Positions 1 to 13,250 of a DNA stretch of 64,000 nt are shown here, piece by piece. The notes beneath the pieces were generated by a model. That model searched no databases. It saw nothing but the letters and a program-made list of their open reading frames with translations, and was not told the origin of the DNA. This stretch comes from the human T2T-CHM13v2.0 reference genome, Homo sapiens. Position numbers and translations under genes: made by a program. Numbering within the stretch: the stretch's first letter is position 1; every line of letters begins with the position of its first letter. The stretch lies in NCBI RefSeq assembly GCF_009914755.1, contig NC_060934.1; one strand, written 5' to 3'.

Positions 1-1380
1 TAGTAATGTTGATTCTTCAAATCCATGAACATGAGATATCTTTCCATTTTTTTGTGTCTTCTTCAGTTTTTTACATCAATGTTTTATGGTTTTCATTGTA
101 GATATCTTTTATTTCTTTGGTCAATTCTTAGATATTTTATCTTATTTGCACCTATGGTAAATGGGATTGCTTTCTTGATTTCTTCTTCAGATTGTTTGCC
201 ATTGGCATGTAGAAATGCTACTGATTTTTGTATGTTGATTTTATATCCTGCAACTTTACTAAACTTGTTTTTCAGTTCTAATAGTTTTTTTGTAGAGTTT
301 AGGTTTTTCCAAATATAAAATCATATATGCAAGCAAGGATAATTTGACTTCTTTCTTTCCAATTTGGATTCCTTTTATTTCTTTCTCTTGTCTGATTGCT
401 CTAGCTAGGACTTCCAGTACTATGCTGAGTAACAGTGGTGAAAGTGGGCATACTTGTTGTGTTACCAATCTTAGAGGAAAGGCTTTCAGTTTCTCCCCAT
501 TTAGTGTGATACTAGCTATAGGTCTGTTGATATGGCTTTTATTATGTTGAAGTATGTTCCTTCTATACACAATTTTTATTAGGGTTTTCATCATGAAAGG
601 GTGTTGAATTTTATAAAATGCTTTTTCAACATCAATTGAAATGATCACATGATTTTTATGTTTCATTCTGTTGATATGATGTATCAGATTAATTGGTTTG
701 CCTATATTGACCATTCTTGCATCCCTGGGATAAATCCCACTTGGTCATGTTGAATGATTTTCTTAATATGTTGTTGAATTTGGTTTGCTAGTGTTTTGTT
801 GAGGACTTTTGCATTGATACTAATCAGTAATATTGGCCTACAGTTTTCTTTTTTTGATGTGCCTCGGCCTCTGTCTAGTTATGGTATGGGGTAATGCCAG
901 CCTCATAGAATGGGTTTGGAAGTATTCCCTTCTCCTCTATTTTTCAGAATAGTTTGAGTATTATTGGTATTAGTTCTTTAAATGTTTGGCAGAATTCAGC
1001 AATGAAGCCATCAGGTCCTGGGCTCTTCTTTTTTGGGACACTTTTTATTATAGCTTTAATCTCGTTACTTGCTATTAACCTATTCAGGTTTTGGATTTCT
1101 TCATGCATGGTTCAATCTTGGTAGATCGTACGTGTATAGGAATTTATCCATTTCTACTAGATTTCTCAATGTATTGGTCTGTAGTTGCTCATAGTAGCCA
1201 CTAATAATCCTTTGAATTTCTGCAGTATTAATTGTAGTGTCTCCTTTCTTTATCTTTGATTTTATTTGAGCTTTCTCTCTTTTTCTCTTAGTCTTGCAAG
1301 GTTTCATCAATTTAGTTTATCTCTTCAAAAAAAAAACTATTTATTTCATTGATCTTTTGTATTATTTTCTTTATTTCAAA
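1..1380 (-). mobile_element. L1 ORF2 fragment (reverse transcriptase region), degenerate
   Basis: ORF 259..714(-) translates to L1 RT motifs (IHHINR..KNH.IISID.EKAF.KIQHPF; [36 protein letters not shown]); 1101..1310(-) gives EIQRII..YYEQL..EMDKFL.TY.LPRLN. Confidence 0.95.
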
Positions 1381-1388
1381 TGCTCAGA

Positions 1389-1502
1389 GCTGGACATGGT
1401 AGCTAATGCCAATAATCCCAGTGCTTTCAGAGGCTGAGGTGGGAGTATCACTGGAGGCCAGGAGTTCTAGATCAGGCTGGGCAACATAGCAAGACTCCTA
1501 TC

Positions 1503-1504
<2 letters not shown>
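1389..1504 (+). mobile_element. Alu left monomer (FLAM/AluJ-like)
   Basis: gaggctgaggtggga..ggccaggagtt..ctgggcaacatagcaagac. Confidence 0.85.

Positions 1505-1505
<1 letters not shown>

Positions 1506-1533
<28 letters not shown>
1506..1533 (+). repeat. (CA)n microsatellite at the Alu monomer tail
   Basis: about 14 uninterrupted AC units. Confidence 0.95.
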
Positions 1534-1536
<3 letters not shown>

Positions 1537-2039
1537 AGCTAAGTGGCCCATAAGTAATATTTATTTTAAAAACACATTACTGGAATCAAGTTATTCATGT
1601 TTTTATTTATAATACTTGTTTATAAGATGTAAGCTTAGTCTATGACTGTCTTTTATTACCTTCCTTTATCAGTTTTTTTGTATTAGGGTTATATGAAGCT
1701 TCTAGAGTAAAATAGAGTAGAGTAGAATTTTTTAAACCATGTTTTTTTCAGAGATAAGGGAGTTTTTTTTTTATTACTTATTCCACTTCCTTGAATAATT
1801 TCTGGATTACTGAAGATTTTATGCTTTTCTTGAAATATAAAATGTTATTTTTATTAAAAATTTTCTATTTTGTTTGTTTCCAAACTTTTAATTATTCACA
1901 ATATTATGCTATGTTTTTATATCTCACATACATATATCTAGTTAAGTACTTTTAAAATTTGTAATATAAATTATTTTTTACTGATATCTCTTTTTTCACT
2001 TATACTTGCCATATATTTATTTTATTAATGGTTTCAAAA

Positions 2040-2395
2040 ACATTTTTCGTGTAATTGGGGAAATTTGAATATTTACAGTATATTAGTTGATTTACAGAAT
2101 TATCCTTAATTAATTTAGCCATATTATAGTATTGTGGTTATGTAGGAGAATATGTTTTTGACCAAGAGATGTAAGCTTAAGTAGTGAGGGATGAAATATC
2201 ACAATGTATTGAGGAGCAAGAGACAGAGAGTGATAGAGAGCAAGAGATTGAGAGAGCAAGAGAGCAAAAATGAGAGAATGAACAAATGAGGCAAATATTT
2301 ACAGAGTTCAATGAAGAATCCAAACTTGTGTGTACTGAATTTGCAAGTCACTGGTACAATCTTACACTCCTATGACATTTATAAAAATCAAGGGT
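2040..2395 (+). mobile_element. Old L1 3' end (L1MC-like) with a GA-rich tract
   Basis: gtattgtggttatgtaggagaat motif typical of L1MC 3' ends. Confidence 0.55.
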
Positions 2396-2400
2396 TTAAT

Positions 2401-2800
2401 GCTGGGTGCAGCATCCTAGCACTATAGGAGGCTGAGGTGGGAGGATCACTTGAGCCCAGGAGTTCATGACCAGCGTGGGCAACATAGCAAGACCCTGTCT
2501 GTACAAAAGAATGATAAACAAATTAGCTAAGGGTGGTGGCATGTGACTGTAGTTCCAACTACTCCGGAGCCTGAGGCAGGAGGATTGCTTGAGCCCAGGA
2601 GTTTAAGACTAGCTTGGATAACATGGCAAGACTCTGTCTCTACAAAATAAATTAAATGATTAGCCAGGCACGGTGTTGCATGCCTATAATCCTAGCTACT
2701 TGAGAGGATCTCTTGAGCTCAGGAGGTCGAGGCTGCAGTGAACTGTCATTGTGCCACTGCACTCCAGCTTGGGTAACAGAGGCAAGAGCCTCTTTCTAAA
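2401..2800 (+). mobile_element. Trimeric AluJ-like element (left, chimeric, right monomers)
   Basis: three monomers separated by two A-rich linkers (~2503-2522, ~2643-2660); J-type ttgagcccaggag and caacatagcaagac. Confidence 0.9.
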
Positions 2801-2835
2801 GTTTTTTAAAAGGTGTTTAATATTAACTCAATGAA

Positions 2836-3300
2836 TTTATCATTAAGGTAATCTTTGGCTGTTAGCAATGACTCCAAATAACAGTGATTTCAATAAGATA
2901 GTTTCATTTCTTCTCCATGTAAGTGACATCCCAGGGGTTAGTAATTTAGGGCCATTCTGGTTGCTCTCCTATTGCTCCTGTCTTCTTGCCTTATCACTTT
3001 CAACATCAGCCTTACACTGGACCATGGCTACTTTGGCTTCGGTATTCACATCCACATCCCAGGCAGTGTGACGGAGGAATAGGCAAAATTGGATGTGCCC
3101 TACTTTTAGGATGCTTCTTGAAGACAATTCTGCTCAGATCCAATGCATAGCTCTTAGTCATATGGCCCATGTGCCTACAGAAAAAGCTGACAAGTGTAAT
3201 CTTAATTGTCATATAAAACGTATACCCAGTCAATAATCAGGTTTTATTACTAAGAAAGATGATGAGAACTAACACTGACACAAAAACTATCAGTTTTCTT
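2836..3300 (-). mobile_element. Old MaLR LTR (MLT1J/K/L-like)
   Basis: aaataacagtgatttcaataagata..tttc and ggttttattactaagaaag segments. Confidence 0.55.
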
Positions 3301-3499
3301 CCAAGATTATAATGGGAATTTGAGGAGTAGCTTTTATAATTTCCTGTATGCTGTCATACCCCTGGCATTATTAGTAATAAAGCATTTTAAGAGCTGAAGT
3401 AGAGGGATATTCTCCCATTTTGAGTACCCAATTTTCTTTGAAGGTCTTTCTGATAAGTCTTTTGTGATTCCTTTCAAATGCTTCCATTTCATAAGTCTA

Positions 3500-3878
3500 T
3501 TAGGTTGGTGCAAAGGTAATTGCAGTTTTTGCTGTTAAAAGCAATGGAAACATTACCTAGCTAATTGTTTAATTTATTTTGTAGAGATGGAGTCTTGCCA
3601 TGTTATCCAGGCTACTCTTGAATTCCTGGACTCAAGCAATCTTCTTGCCTCAGGCTCCAGAGTAGCTAGAACTACAGGCACATGCCACCACCCTTGGCTA
3701 ATTTATTTATTATTCTTTTTTACAGACAGAGTCTTGCTATGTTGCCCAGGTTTGTCTTGAACTTCTGGGCTCAAGTGATCGTCTCACCTCAGCCTTCTAA
3801 AGTGCTAGGATTAAAGGTAGGCACCACTGCACCATTAAAAGTCATGGAAAAACTGCAATTACCTTTGCACCAACCTAA
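3500..3878. mobile_element. MADE1 (Hsmar1-derived MITE) interrupted by a ~280-bp Alu-derived insert
   Basis: ttaggttggtgcaaaggtaattgcagttttt ... aaaaactgcaattacctttgcaccaacctaa; TA TSD at 3498-3499 and 3879-3880. Confidence 0.95.
3551..3832 (-). mobile_element. AluJ-like two-monomer segment without poly(A), inside MADE1
   Basis: reverse complement aligns without gaps to 2413..2668. Confidence 0.9.
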
Positions 3879-5007
3879 TAGAAGCCACATAGAATCCCTG
3901 CTGTCCTGCAAATTGTCAAAAATCTGATGATTACAAACAGGAATGTTTTTGATATTATAACAGGGCGTTTAGTTGCCTTTCCATCTGTTTCTCTAATTTT
4001 ATTGTTTTATTTCATTTTACTTCTTTAACTTCATTTGTCACTTTCCTCCCTAGAGAGTCTTTTCTAGTCTTTTTTTTTGTATTCATTTCCCTCATTTGCT
4101 CCTGGAAGCCTCTCCTATACAGCATTTTATTCCACTCTTATAGCATGCCATAACATGGCATCCACTGGGCCACACTTTGTTCAGGCTTTTTAGATTATGT
4201 CAATATCAGCATCCTCAGTGTTTCCCTTCCTAATAAAGAATTAAGTATTTTATGACTGTTCTAAGTCATCAGTTTTTTTTTCACTTCCTAGGATAAAAGT
4301 GAATGGTTTATAGTGAGGAAAAATATGATCTATTATCTCAACAGCTACTGCACTATTATCGTCAGATAAAATACATTCTAAGTCAGACTCACAGCTGAAG
4401 AGTAAAAATTTTCCCCAAAGATTAGTAAGGATTTAGCAGTCCAGAATTACAGGGCAGTGTGGCTGTGTGTTACAGGCATTTGTTTCAGCTTACGCCACAC
4501 TGGGACGCAGGTTTCTGTCACTTCCACGACGCCATTCACCCCATTCATTTCCTTTGTTCTCACTGACGAATTGCTGTGGTAATGAAATAGTGGTGTTAAC
4601 AATGATTAACTTGGAGAAAGTATTGGAAGCCCTGGTAATGTTTAAGTTGTTTCCAGGTGTTTTCCTATAACTTCTCGGTATTATAGTGTCTACACTTTTA
4701 AAAAATTCCTTAGAATCAACTCACAGGGGAAACTTAAAATTAATTAATTTCAATTTTTTGTATTAACAGTAAAACCACTATTTATATAGCACTACGTACT
4801 TTTTCAAAGTGTTCTTATGCCTAGTCTCATGTTTCATGCTTTCAGAAACTTATATGGCACTGTCACCATTTGACAAGGAAAACAATGGCCAAGGAGGTGA
4901 AGTAATTTATCCACAGAGTGACTATATGTCTTGGTTTGTGCCTGTTTTCCTGGCATTAGAGCTCCTGTTTATTCTCAAATGTGGCCAAATTAAGACAATA
5001 AATAACC

Positions 5008-5429
5008 TGTCTTAGTCCATTTAGTTGCTATCAAGGAATATCTGAGGCTGGGTGATTTATAAGGAAAAGATGTTTATTTGGCTCACAGTTCTGCAGGCTG
5101 TACAAGAAGCATAGCACCAGCGTCTGCTTCTGGTGAGGATCTTAGGTTGCTTCCGCTCATGGCAGAAGGCAGAGGGGAGCTGGTGTGCACAGCGATCACA
5201 TGGCGAGAGGAGGTGGGAGTGAGGGGGAGGTGCCAGGCTCTTTTCAACAACCAATTCCCACTGGAGGTACAGAGAAAGAACTCACTCACTCTTCAAATCC
5301 CGTGAAGGGCATTAAGCTATTCATGAAGTCTCCATTCCCATGATCCAAACACCTATTAGGCCCCACCACCAACCCTGGGGATAAAATTTCAACATGAGGT
5401 TTGGAGGTGTCAGATATTCAAGCCATAGT
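5008..5429 (-). mobile_element. MaLR LTR, MSTB-like
   Basis: tgtcttagtccattt..gctgtacaagaagcatagcaccagc.tctgcttctggtgagg. Confidence 0.85.
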
Positions 5430-6138
5430 TCACCCTGCTTCTCTGGCACTGGATCCTAAGCCTCTTAACTTCCAGGTTAGATACAAGTACCTTGGTGATT
5501 ACTTTCCTAGCCTACAGATCATGATATTTAATACTAGTTGGGATAGGAGAATTCCTATGGACATAACTAGATTTGTTATAGATTACTCGAACATAGATTT
5601 GTGGATAAATCAGAAATCCCTTAAAAGATATTTAAGTATCTGCACTTTCTCGCCTAATATAATTTCCAACTATAATCATCACTGGCACCACTTATTCCTT
5701 TGCTAGATTCATTTGTACTATATCATTTGTTCTACATAAAACACACACTGCTTTTTCTTCTCTGTAAGTTTGTACTTCCAGTAACATTTTCTGAAGTGTG
5801 TGCCGAGTGGCTTCCACTTCAATGTTTTCTTTGAATCCACAAGCTGGTGAAGGAAATGGGTCTTGGTGCCCCATCAAATTACAATCTAGATATACTAAAG
5901 ACACATTATAGTGAGTGGGATAGGAGGGAAAGAAGGTTCCACTCAGAGGTTTTCTCAGGCTTCCAGGTCTCTGCTAGTTCTAGATATTGCTCAGTCATGA
6001 TTAAAAATAGACAACTCCAAATGTCCTCTTGGCTGAGTTCATTAGTTAGAAAGAGTGGCAAGACTGAGTATGTAAGCAATCATGGTGGAAACGTGGTATG
6101 GTAGGCTGAATAATAACCTTGATATATGTCTACATCCC

Positions 6139-6500
6139 TTTCATGCGGCGTCCGTGTGAAGAGACCACCAAACAGGCTTTGTGTGAGCAACAAAGCTGTT
6201 TATTTCACCTGGGTGCAGGTGGGCTGAGTCGGAAAAGAGAGTCAGCGAAGGGAGATGGGGTGGAGCTGTTTTATAGGATTTGGGTAGGTAAAGGAAAATT
6301 ACAGTCAAAGGGGGGTTGTTCTCTGGCAGGCAGAGTGGGGGTCACAAGGTGCTCAGTAGGAGAGCTTTTGAGCCAGGATGAGCCAGGAGAAGGAATTTCA
6401 CAAGACAATGTCATCAGTTAAGGCAGGAACCGGCCACCTGGATGTGTACGTGCAGGTCACAGGGGATATGACGGCTTAGCTTGGGCTCAGAGGCCTGACA
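6139..6500 (-). mobile_element. HERV-H solo LTR (LTR7)
   Basis: reverse complement begins tgtcaggcctctgagcccaagctaagcc and ends ggtctcttcacacggacgccgcatgaaa; 5-bp TSD atccc at 6134-6138 and 6501-6505. Confidence 0.97.
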
Positions 6501-6885
6501 ATCCCAGTCTCTAGAAGCTATGAATGTTATATTATTTGGCAAAAGGGACTTTGCAGATAAGATTAAATTAAGGATCTTGAATAGGGAGGTTATCCTGGAT
6601 TATTCATATAATCACAATCCTCCTTATCAGGGTGATGCTGGGGGAGTCAGAGTCAGAGGAGAAGGCAATGTGGTGATGGAAGCAGAGACTGGAGTGATGT
6701 ACGTTGAAAATGGAGGAAGGAGCCACCTGCCAAGAAACACAGGCAGCCAGTGGAAGCTGGAAAAGTAACAACAAACATTCTCCTTGGACCCTCCAGGGAG
6801 GCTGACAGCTTTGCTTTAGCCTTGTGAGAGTATGCTAAAGTTCTGACCTCCAGAAATGTAAGATAATAAATATGAGTTGTTTTAA

Positions 6886-7435
<550 letters not shown>

Positions 7436-7699
7436 TGTAATTTGTTACAGTGGCGACAGGACACTAATACATTTGATCGGAACAAAAATGGTGTCTGCAG
7501 CAAAAGCAGTATCCTAGACTAGAAATACATTGAGGGAAAAGCTCTTTTTCTTTAAATAACAAAACCCTGACCACTTGGGTATTGATTATTGTTCTCTTTG
7601 CTTTGACTTAGAATTTAGGGCCTTTGGTGATACTGAGGAGATAATCATCACAGCTGCCCTTGCAGTAGCAGCTTCTTGTTGAGTTCCTAAAGCACTACC

Positions 7700-7870
7700 A
7701 CAGGCTGGCTTGTTTGAGCACCCTATATTTCACATTGTCCCCATAAACTAGATACTTTTGCTTCTGTTCCAAATGAGGAATTGAGGCATATAAAAGTAAG
7801 GTAACTTGAGTAAGGCTTTACAGTTAATAAAGGACAACACATAAATTCTTATCCAGTCTTACACTTAAAA
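7700..7870 (-). mobile_element. MIR fragment
   Basis: aaatgaggaattgaggca..aaggtaacttg core. Confidence 0.55.
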
Positions 7871-8954
7871 CCTTTGAACATCTTTACAAAAGAGCTGATT
7901 TTAAAAGTATCTGTTAACACAATTTGTTTTATGGAAGTTTCTTCCATATAGATAGATCCACAGGAGGTGAGAGCTTGCTGTACTCATCACATTTGTGATA
8001 CACATTTGTGTTCCTACAGTGCATTGGCAGGTATCTGGGCCAGGGATATGAGTGAATCAAGCTCACCTTCCCCTCTCCACCAGAGAGTAGGCATGTTCCA
8101 TGGCAAAGGCATAGAAACAGTTGATTCCCAGGGCTGGAAGGTGGAACTCAGCTGTCATGCCTTTTGATGTTCTGCTCTTGGACTTTCCAAGAACTCTAGG
8201 TAGCAATATGGTAAGATAGACGTACAACCAGTTCTGGCCTGGAGAAAGGGAAAAGTCTTCCTCCCCTAATGAGGCTTAAGGAGCTGGTGAATTTGGCCAG
8301 CTCTGCAGGAAATATGTAGAGAAGTCTATTTAGCACTCAAAATTCTGGTTGGGAAGGGCATGGTTAGTGTGAGGAGAGTAATTCTAGAAAGTTTAATGAA
8401 GGAACTGAGCTGAGAGATTACAAATTTGGAATAAATATAGTTATTGCCTCTCTTTAATTATTAAATAGAGGATGTTAAGAGCAGTGGGGACCTGGAGGGT
8501 CCTTTCCCCTGTATACATCCTGAGCCTAGGCAAGTCTCCTGAGCTCCTTTGATGGTTTTGGACAGAGGTGGCTCTCAGCCTGGCATCCTAATTCCAGGCC
8601 ACTGCTGTTCCCAAAGTGCTATGACTCATGCTATGAGAAGGTTTTGTCTTGGAGAAGAGGAGCCTTTCCAGATAGATAAGGAAGGCACGAAGAAGGGCCC
8701 ACAGTCCAGGATTACCCTCGTGTTTCTGAAGGACCTGTGGAATGGATGTATTGGGAAGTCATGGGAAGTGAGCTTGTCTAAATAGGGTAGGGCTCCTCTC
8801 ACTGGAAGCATCATGCATTTGTTTGTCATCATTTCTGTGCCTAAATGTCTCCAGAATAGTACATTCATTATTTTATGCCCTGCTTTTGGAAGACTAGCAT
8901 CATTTTATACCAATGTAGTGCTTTATAATGGAAGTGAATTGGAATGTATCCAAC

Positions 8955-9105
8955 TAATAATAATAACTAATTTATAAGGGGCTGGCTGTTTGTAGAAAGT
9001 ACTGTACTCTGTGCCGTCCATATATTATCTAATGAAACCCTCAAAATAACTCTGAGTTAGATAATGTTACCTCTTTTTTTATAGAGGGGAAAAGTGAGGT
9101 CCATT
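8955..9105 (-). mobile_element. MIR fragment
   Basis: aataataataactaa..cctcaaaataactctgag..ttttatagaggggaaaagtgagg. Confidence 0.6.
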
Positions 9106-9193
9106 TAATCTCCAAAAGAACCCATGTTTTTCCAAGCATGTAACATCATTTGCTTAGAATAACGTGACAAGGACGTAGCAATAGTAAGATGTA

Positions 9194-9489
9194 GGCTGGG
9201 TGCAGGGACTCACAGCTGTTTAATCCCAGTGCTTTGAAGGTTGAGTCAGGAGGATCATTTAAGGCCTGGAGTTCCAGACCAGCCTGGGCAACATAGTAAG
9301 AACCTTTCTCTATATATAAAAAAAATTAAAAATGGCCAGGCATGGTGGTGTGCACCTGTAGTCTTGGCTACTCTGGAGACTGGGGTAGGAGGATCCCTTG
9401 AACCCAGAAGTTTGAGACTTCAGTGAACCACGATTGTGCCACTATACTCCAACCTGGGTAACAGAGTGAGACCCCGTCTCCAAAAAAAA
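9194..9489 (+). mobile_element. AluJ
   Basis: full dimer; TSD agtaagatgt on both sides. Confidence 0.95.
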
Positions 9490-9579
9490 GTAAGATGTGG
9501 ACATGGGTTACTAGTTGCTAAGTGTGCTGTTTTCATCAATACATAAACTCCAGACAAAAGCAGCAGAGCAGCAGGCAAG

Positions 9580-9785
9580 TATGGGCTCTGGCTTTGGAGG
9601 ATACAGGCTTGAATGTCAGATCCACGATTTCCCAGCAGCAGACCTGGGCAAGCTAATTCACCTTTCTGAGTCCCAATTTGCTAATCTGTTAAAACATCAG
9701 TGTGTTGTGGGAAGGATTAAGGCATTAATCCCATTAGGCATTTAAAGTGCCTGGCACACGCTATGTGCTTTATAAAGGTGAGCTC
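9580..9785 (+). mobile_element. MIR
   Basis: gacctgggcaagctaattcacctttctgagtccc..gtgcctggcaca. Confidence 0.75.
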
Positions 9786-10718
9786 TTCAACTTCACCGTC
9801 TTCTAATTTTATTCTTATGTCTGAGTACAACTTTGTGTCTAATTCAGGATGAAATAATTCCATTAAGAAATGACTCTAAAAGGACCTGGAAAAGATTGCT
9901 TTGTATTTCCAAGCCTTCTTGGAATAATTTGTTAGGTTTTAGTTGTCTCTTTCAACAGCAACAGGCTTGCTTACATGGTCTTTTAAAAATAGAATTTGAT
10001 CCCAACCAGATGTGAGGTAAAATGTTTATACCTACCTCTCTTCTCTTGTGCACTTCACTTCTGAAATACAATTTTCAGATGGGAAATTTTGGGAAAATCT
10101 TCTTAGATCTGAATTATAATAAAGGTAGCCCAATATGCAAGGATACTTATATTGGTTAAACTCAGATTTGCCAAGTAGTTTGTGAAGTAAAAATATAGGA
10201 GCAATGTTTTAAGTAAAATCTTCCAACTGCTTTTGAAGTGTATTGAAATACATAGTTGCTTGGGAATTTTCAAGACTAGCTAAGATTTCAAAAATAAATG
10301 TTTCTTTACTTCCAGGGAAATGCAATGTGTGACCATTATAAAACAACTGGGAAAATAAAAAAGGAAGAAAAGTGTGTGTGTGTCCGTGTGTGCATGCGTG
10401 TGTGCATATTAGGATAACAAATTCAGTCTCATTAGCTGGGGCATACAAAGCAATTTAGTATTTATCCCTTTATAACTGTCCTGATTTTCTGCATGATCTC
10501 CCTTCCACTCCCCACCCCAAAGGGAGGAAGGGAAGAGTAAACAAAGGGAATCACTATATTTATTCCAAATTTGTAATCTCTGTTATTTCCAACAATTTGA
10601 ACTGCCTTTTAAGAAAACTAGTCTCTGCTTGGATGGCTCAGGTAAATGACTATTCTTGTGCTTGCCTTTTCCGAAATCACCCTAGTGTTATGAGGGAGTG
10701 GTGATTCAGGTGATATGA

Positions 10719-11151
<433 letters not shown>

Positions 11152-11553
11152 TAACTGATTCCTTCTGAATTTTTAAGGAGATGTGATTGTAATCAGCAGT
11201 CACCATTATTTGCCTCTGGTTTTAAATCCCCCATATCTTGGGGGTGGGAAGGCTTTGTTTGAATCCAGGCTTCTTCTGGCCTACAATCCTTTTAGAACCT
11301 CCATGCCCCCTGTGGATTCAGGGACACACTTGGGTCCCTTGCACGTACAACCAGGCTGTGGGAAGCAGGAGCACTACCCTAGTCCCATACATCTGCCATA
11401 CCATGGACTCATATTGTGTTTGCATTGGCTACAAAAAGGTCTTTTCCTGAGAGACTCAGGGCCTCTCATAAGTATATCATGTAAACTAGGCTGCTGGTGT
11501 CAGACTTTCTAAACTTCCCTATACTTATCTGGATGTGCTTAAATTAATGCCTC

Positions 11554-11923
11554 TGTTTTAGTCTGTTCAGGTTACTATGAAAACAGAATACATAGACTGG
11601 GTGGCTTATAAACAACATAAACTTATTTCTCACACTTCTGGAGGCAGGGAAGTCCAAATACAAGGGGCCGGCAGATTCGGTGTCTGGTGAGGGCCTGCTT
11701 CCTGCTTCAGAGATGGCCATCTTTTCACACTGTGTCCTCACATAGCAGAAGGGGCAAAGGTGCTCTCTGGGGCCTCTTTTATAAGGACACTAATTCCACG
11801 AATGAGGGCTCCACCCTCAGGACCTAATTATCTCCTAAAGGCCTCACTTCCTCATACCATCCAATTGAGGGTTGGGATTTCAACATCTGAATTTTGAGGA
11901 ATACAAATATTCAATCTATGGCA
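11554..11923 (-). mobile_element. MaLR solo LTR, MLT1A0-like
   Basis: agactgggtggcttataaacaac..tttctcaca.ttctggaggc; 5-bp TSD gcctc. Confidence 0.9.
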
Positions 11924-12329
11924 GCCTCCCTGCAGTCTCCTACTATCACCTTCCATGTATGGTGGTAGAGGCAGGGAGAAACAGCTTCTCATACGTAACC
12001 TTTCCCTCCTTCTGTCTACCTCATCTTTATAAAATTCAACAAGCGTCAAAGGGATGGTATTATTTTTTTCTCTTAGTTTATCTGATCTAATTTTATCCTC
12101 CCCATGTCACTTTCTTATTCTTCCTAAATCAAGACTTAAAGCTCAATTAATGATAGATAGGGTTCAGGGAGCAAGAAGCTCATTTATTGATAAAGGAACA
12201 GAGGACATTTACAAATATTTTACCTGGTCTCTCTCTTATTGTTCTTTGGAACGAATATAATAAGCAATGATACACATCTATATGATAAAAAACCGAATAC
12301 TAATTTGGTTCTTAAATAAATCTAGAGAG

Positions 12330-13250
12330 ATTTCATGTTTCTGAATTTTGAAAATGCTGGGATATTTGGATACAGTCATTTCACAACACACAGAAAAAAA
12401 TTCTCTATTGACCAAAAAATTCCCTGTGAGACACAGATCTAATGTGTTTATATAATTTCTTGGTGGTAGAGGAATTTCTAAGCCTACAACTTGGGGTAGA
12501 AACTATGTATCATTTAAGAATTATTAATACGTTTGATAACATAAAAATCCACATAGCCTAAAATGCCATTAAAATTTGAAACAAACTACAATCTGGCAAA
12601 GTACTATTGTAAAATATTTGGCAAAGAGCTATTTTAAACATCTTATAATGAGTCTTTATCAATCAATAAAAGACTAAAACTCAGTGGAAAATTAGTAAAC
12701 ATCATAATCAGAGATTACCAAAATAGAAGCAAACATCGATGAATTTATGAAATCTTGTTCAATCTCACAAAGATTCAAATAAAATACTATTAATTGCAAG
12801 ATATTCTAGATTCCAATATGTCAAACAAGCCAAGCTTTCTCTAACCCAGTGTCACATTCTCTGCTGCTGGGCGTCATCTTTTCTAGACAGTATCATGATA
12901 ATATGTCAAAAATTGTCTAAACATGCTTATATTCTTTTCCCCAATAATCCCACTTCTACAAATTTTATCTAAGGAGATTATTTGAAATATGTATGAACTA
13001 TTTCTTACTACTATTCCTCACAGCACTTAAAAATAAGCCCAAACTGGAAATATCCAAAATATCAAATGTTGAGATTGATTACGTAAAGAGATATAACACA
13101 TATAATGGAACACCACGTAGACATTAGAAATGCTGGTTGTAGAAATGTCAACATTTTAAAATACATTATTTAGGTGAAGAAAATAGGTTATAAAAACATG
13201 TAATATGTTTGAGATACATGGTATGTGTGTATATATGTAGGTGTGTATCA
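12330..13250 (+). mobile_element. Old L1 3' region (L1ME-like)
   Basis: aataatcccacttcta..tttatctaagga; taatggaa.accac motifs. Confidence 0.6.

Noticed and set aside
259-714. Reverse-transcriptase-like ORF as a novel RT or retron system
   Set aside because: It is an ordinary decayed L1 ORF2; the catalytic FADD motif is lost (LLAYMILY) and the frame is broken.
3500-3878. miR-548 gene call
   Set aside because: The ~280-bp insert turns the short MADE1 loop into a large one, unlike a canonical pre-miRNA, and there is no expression evidence.
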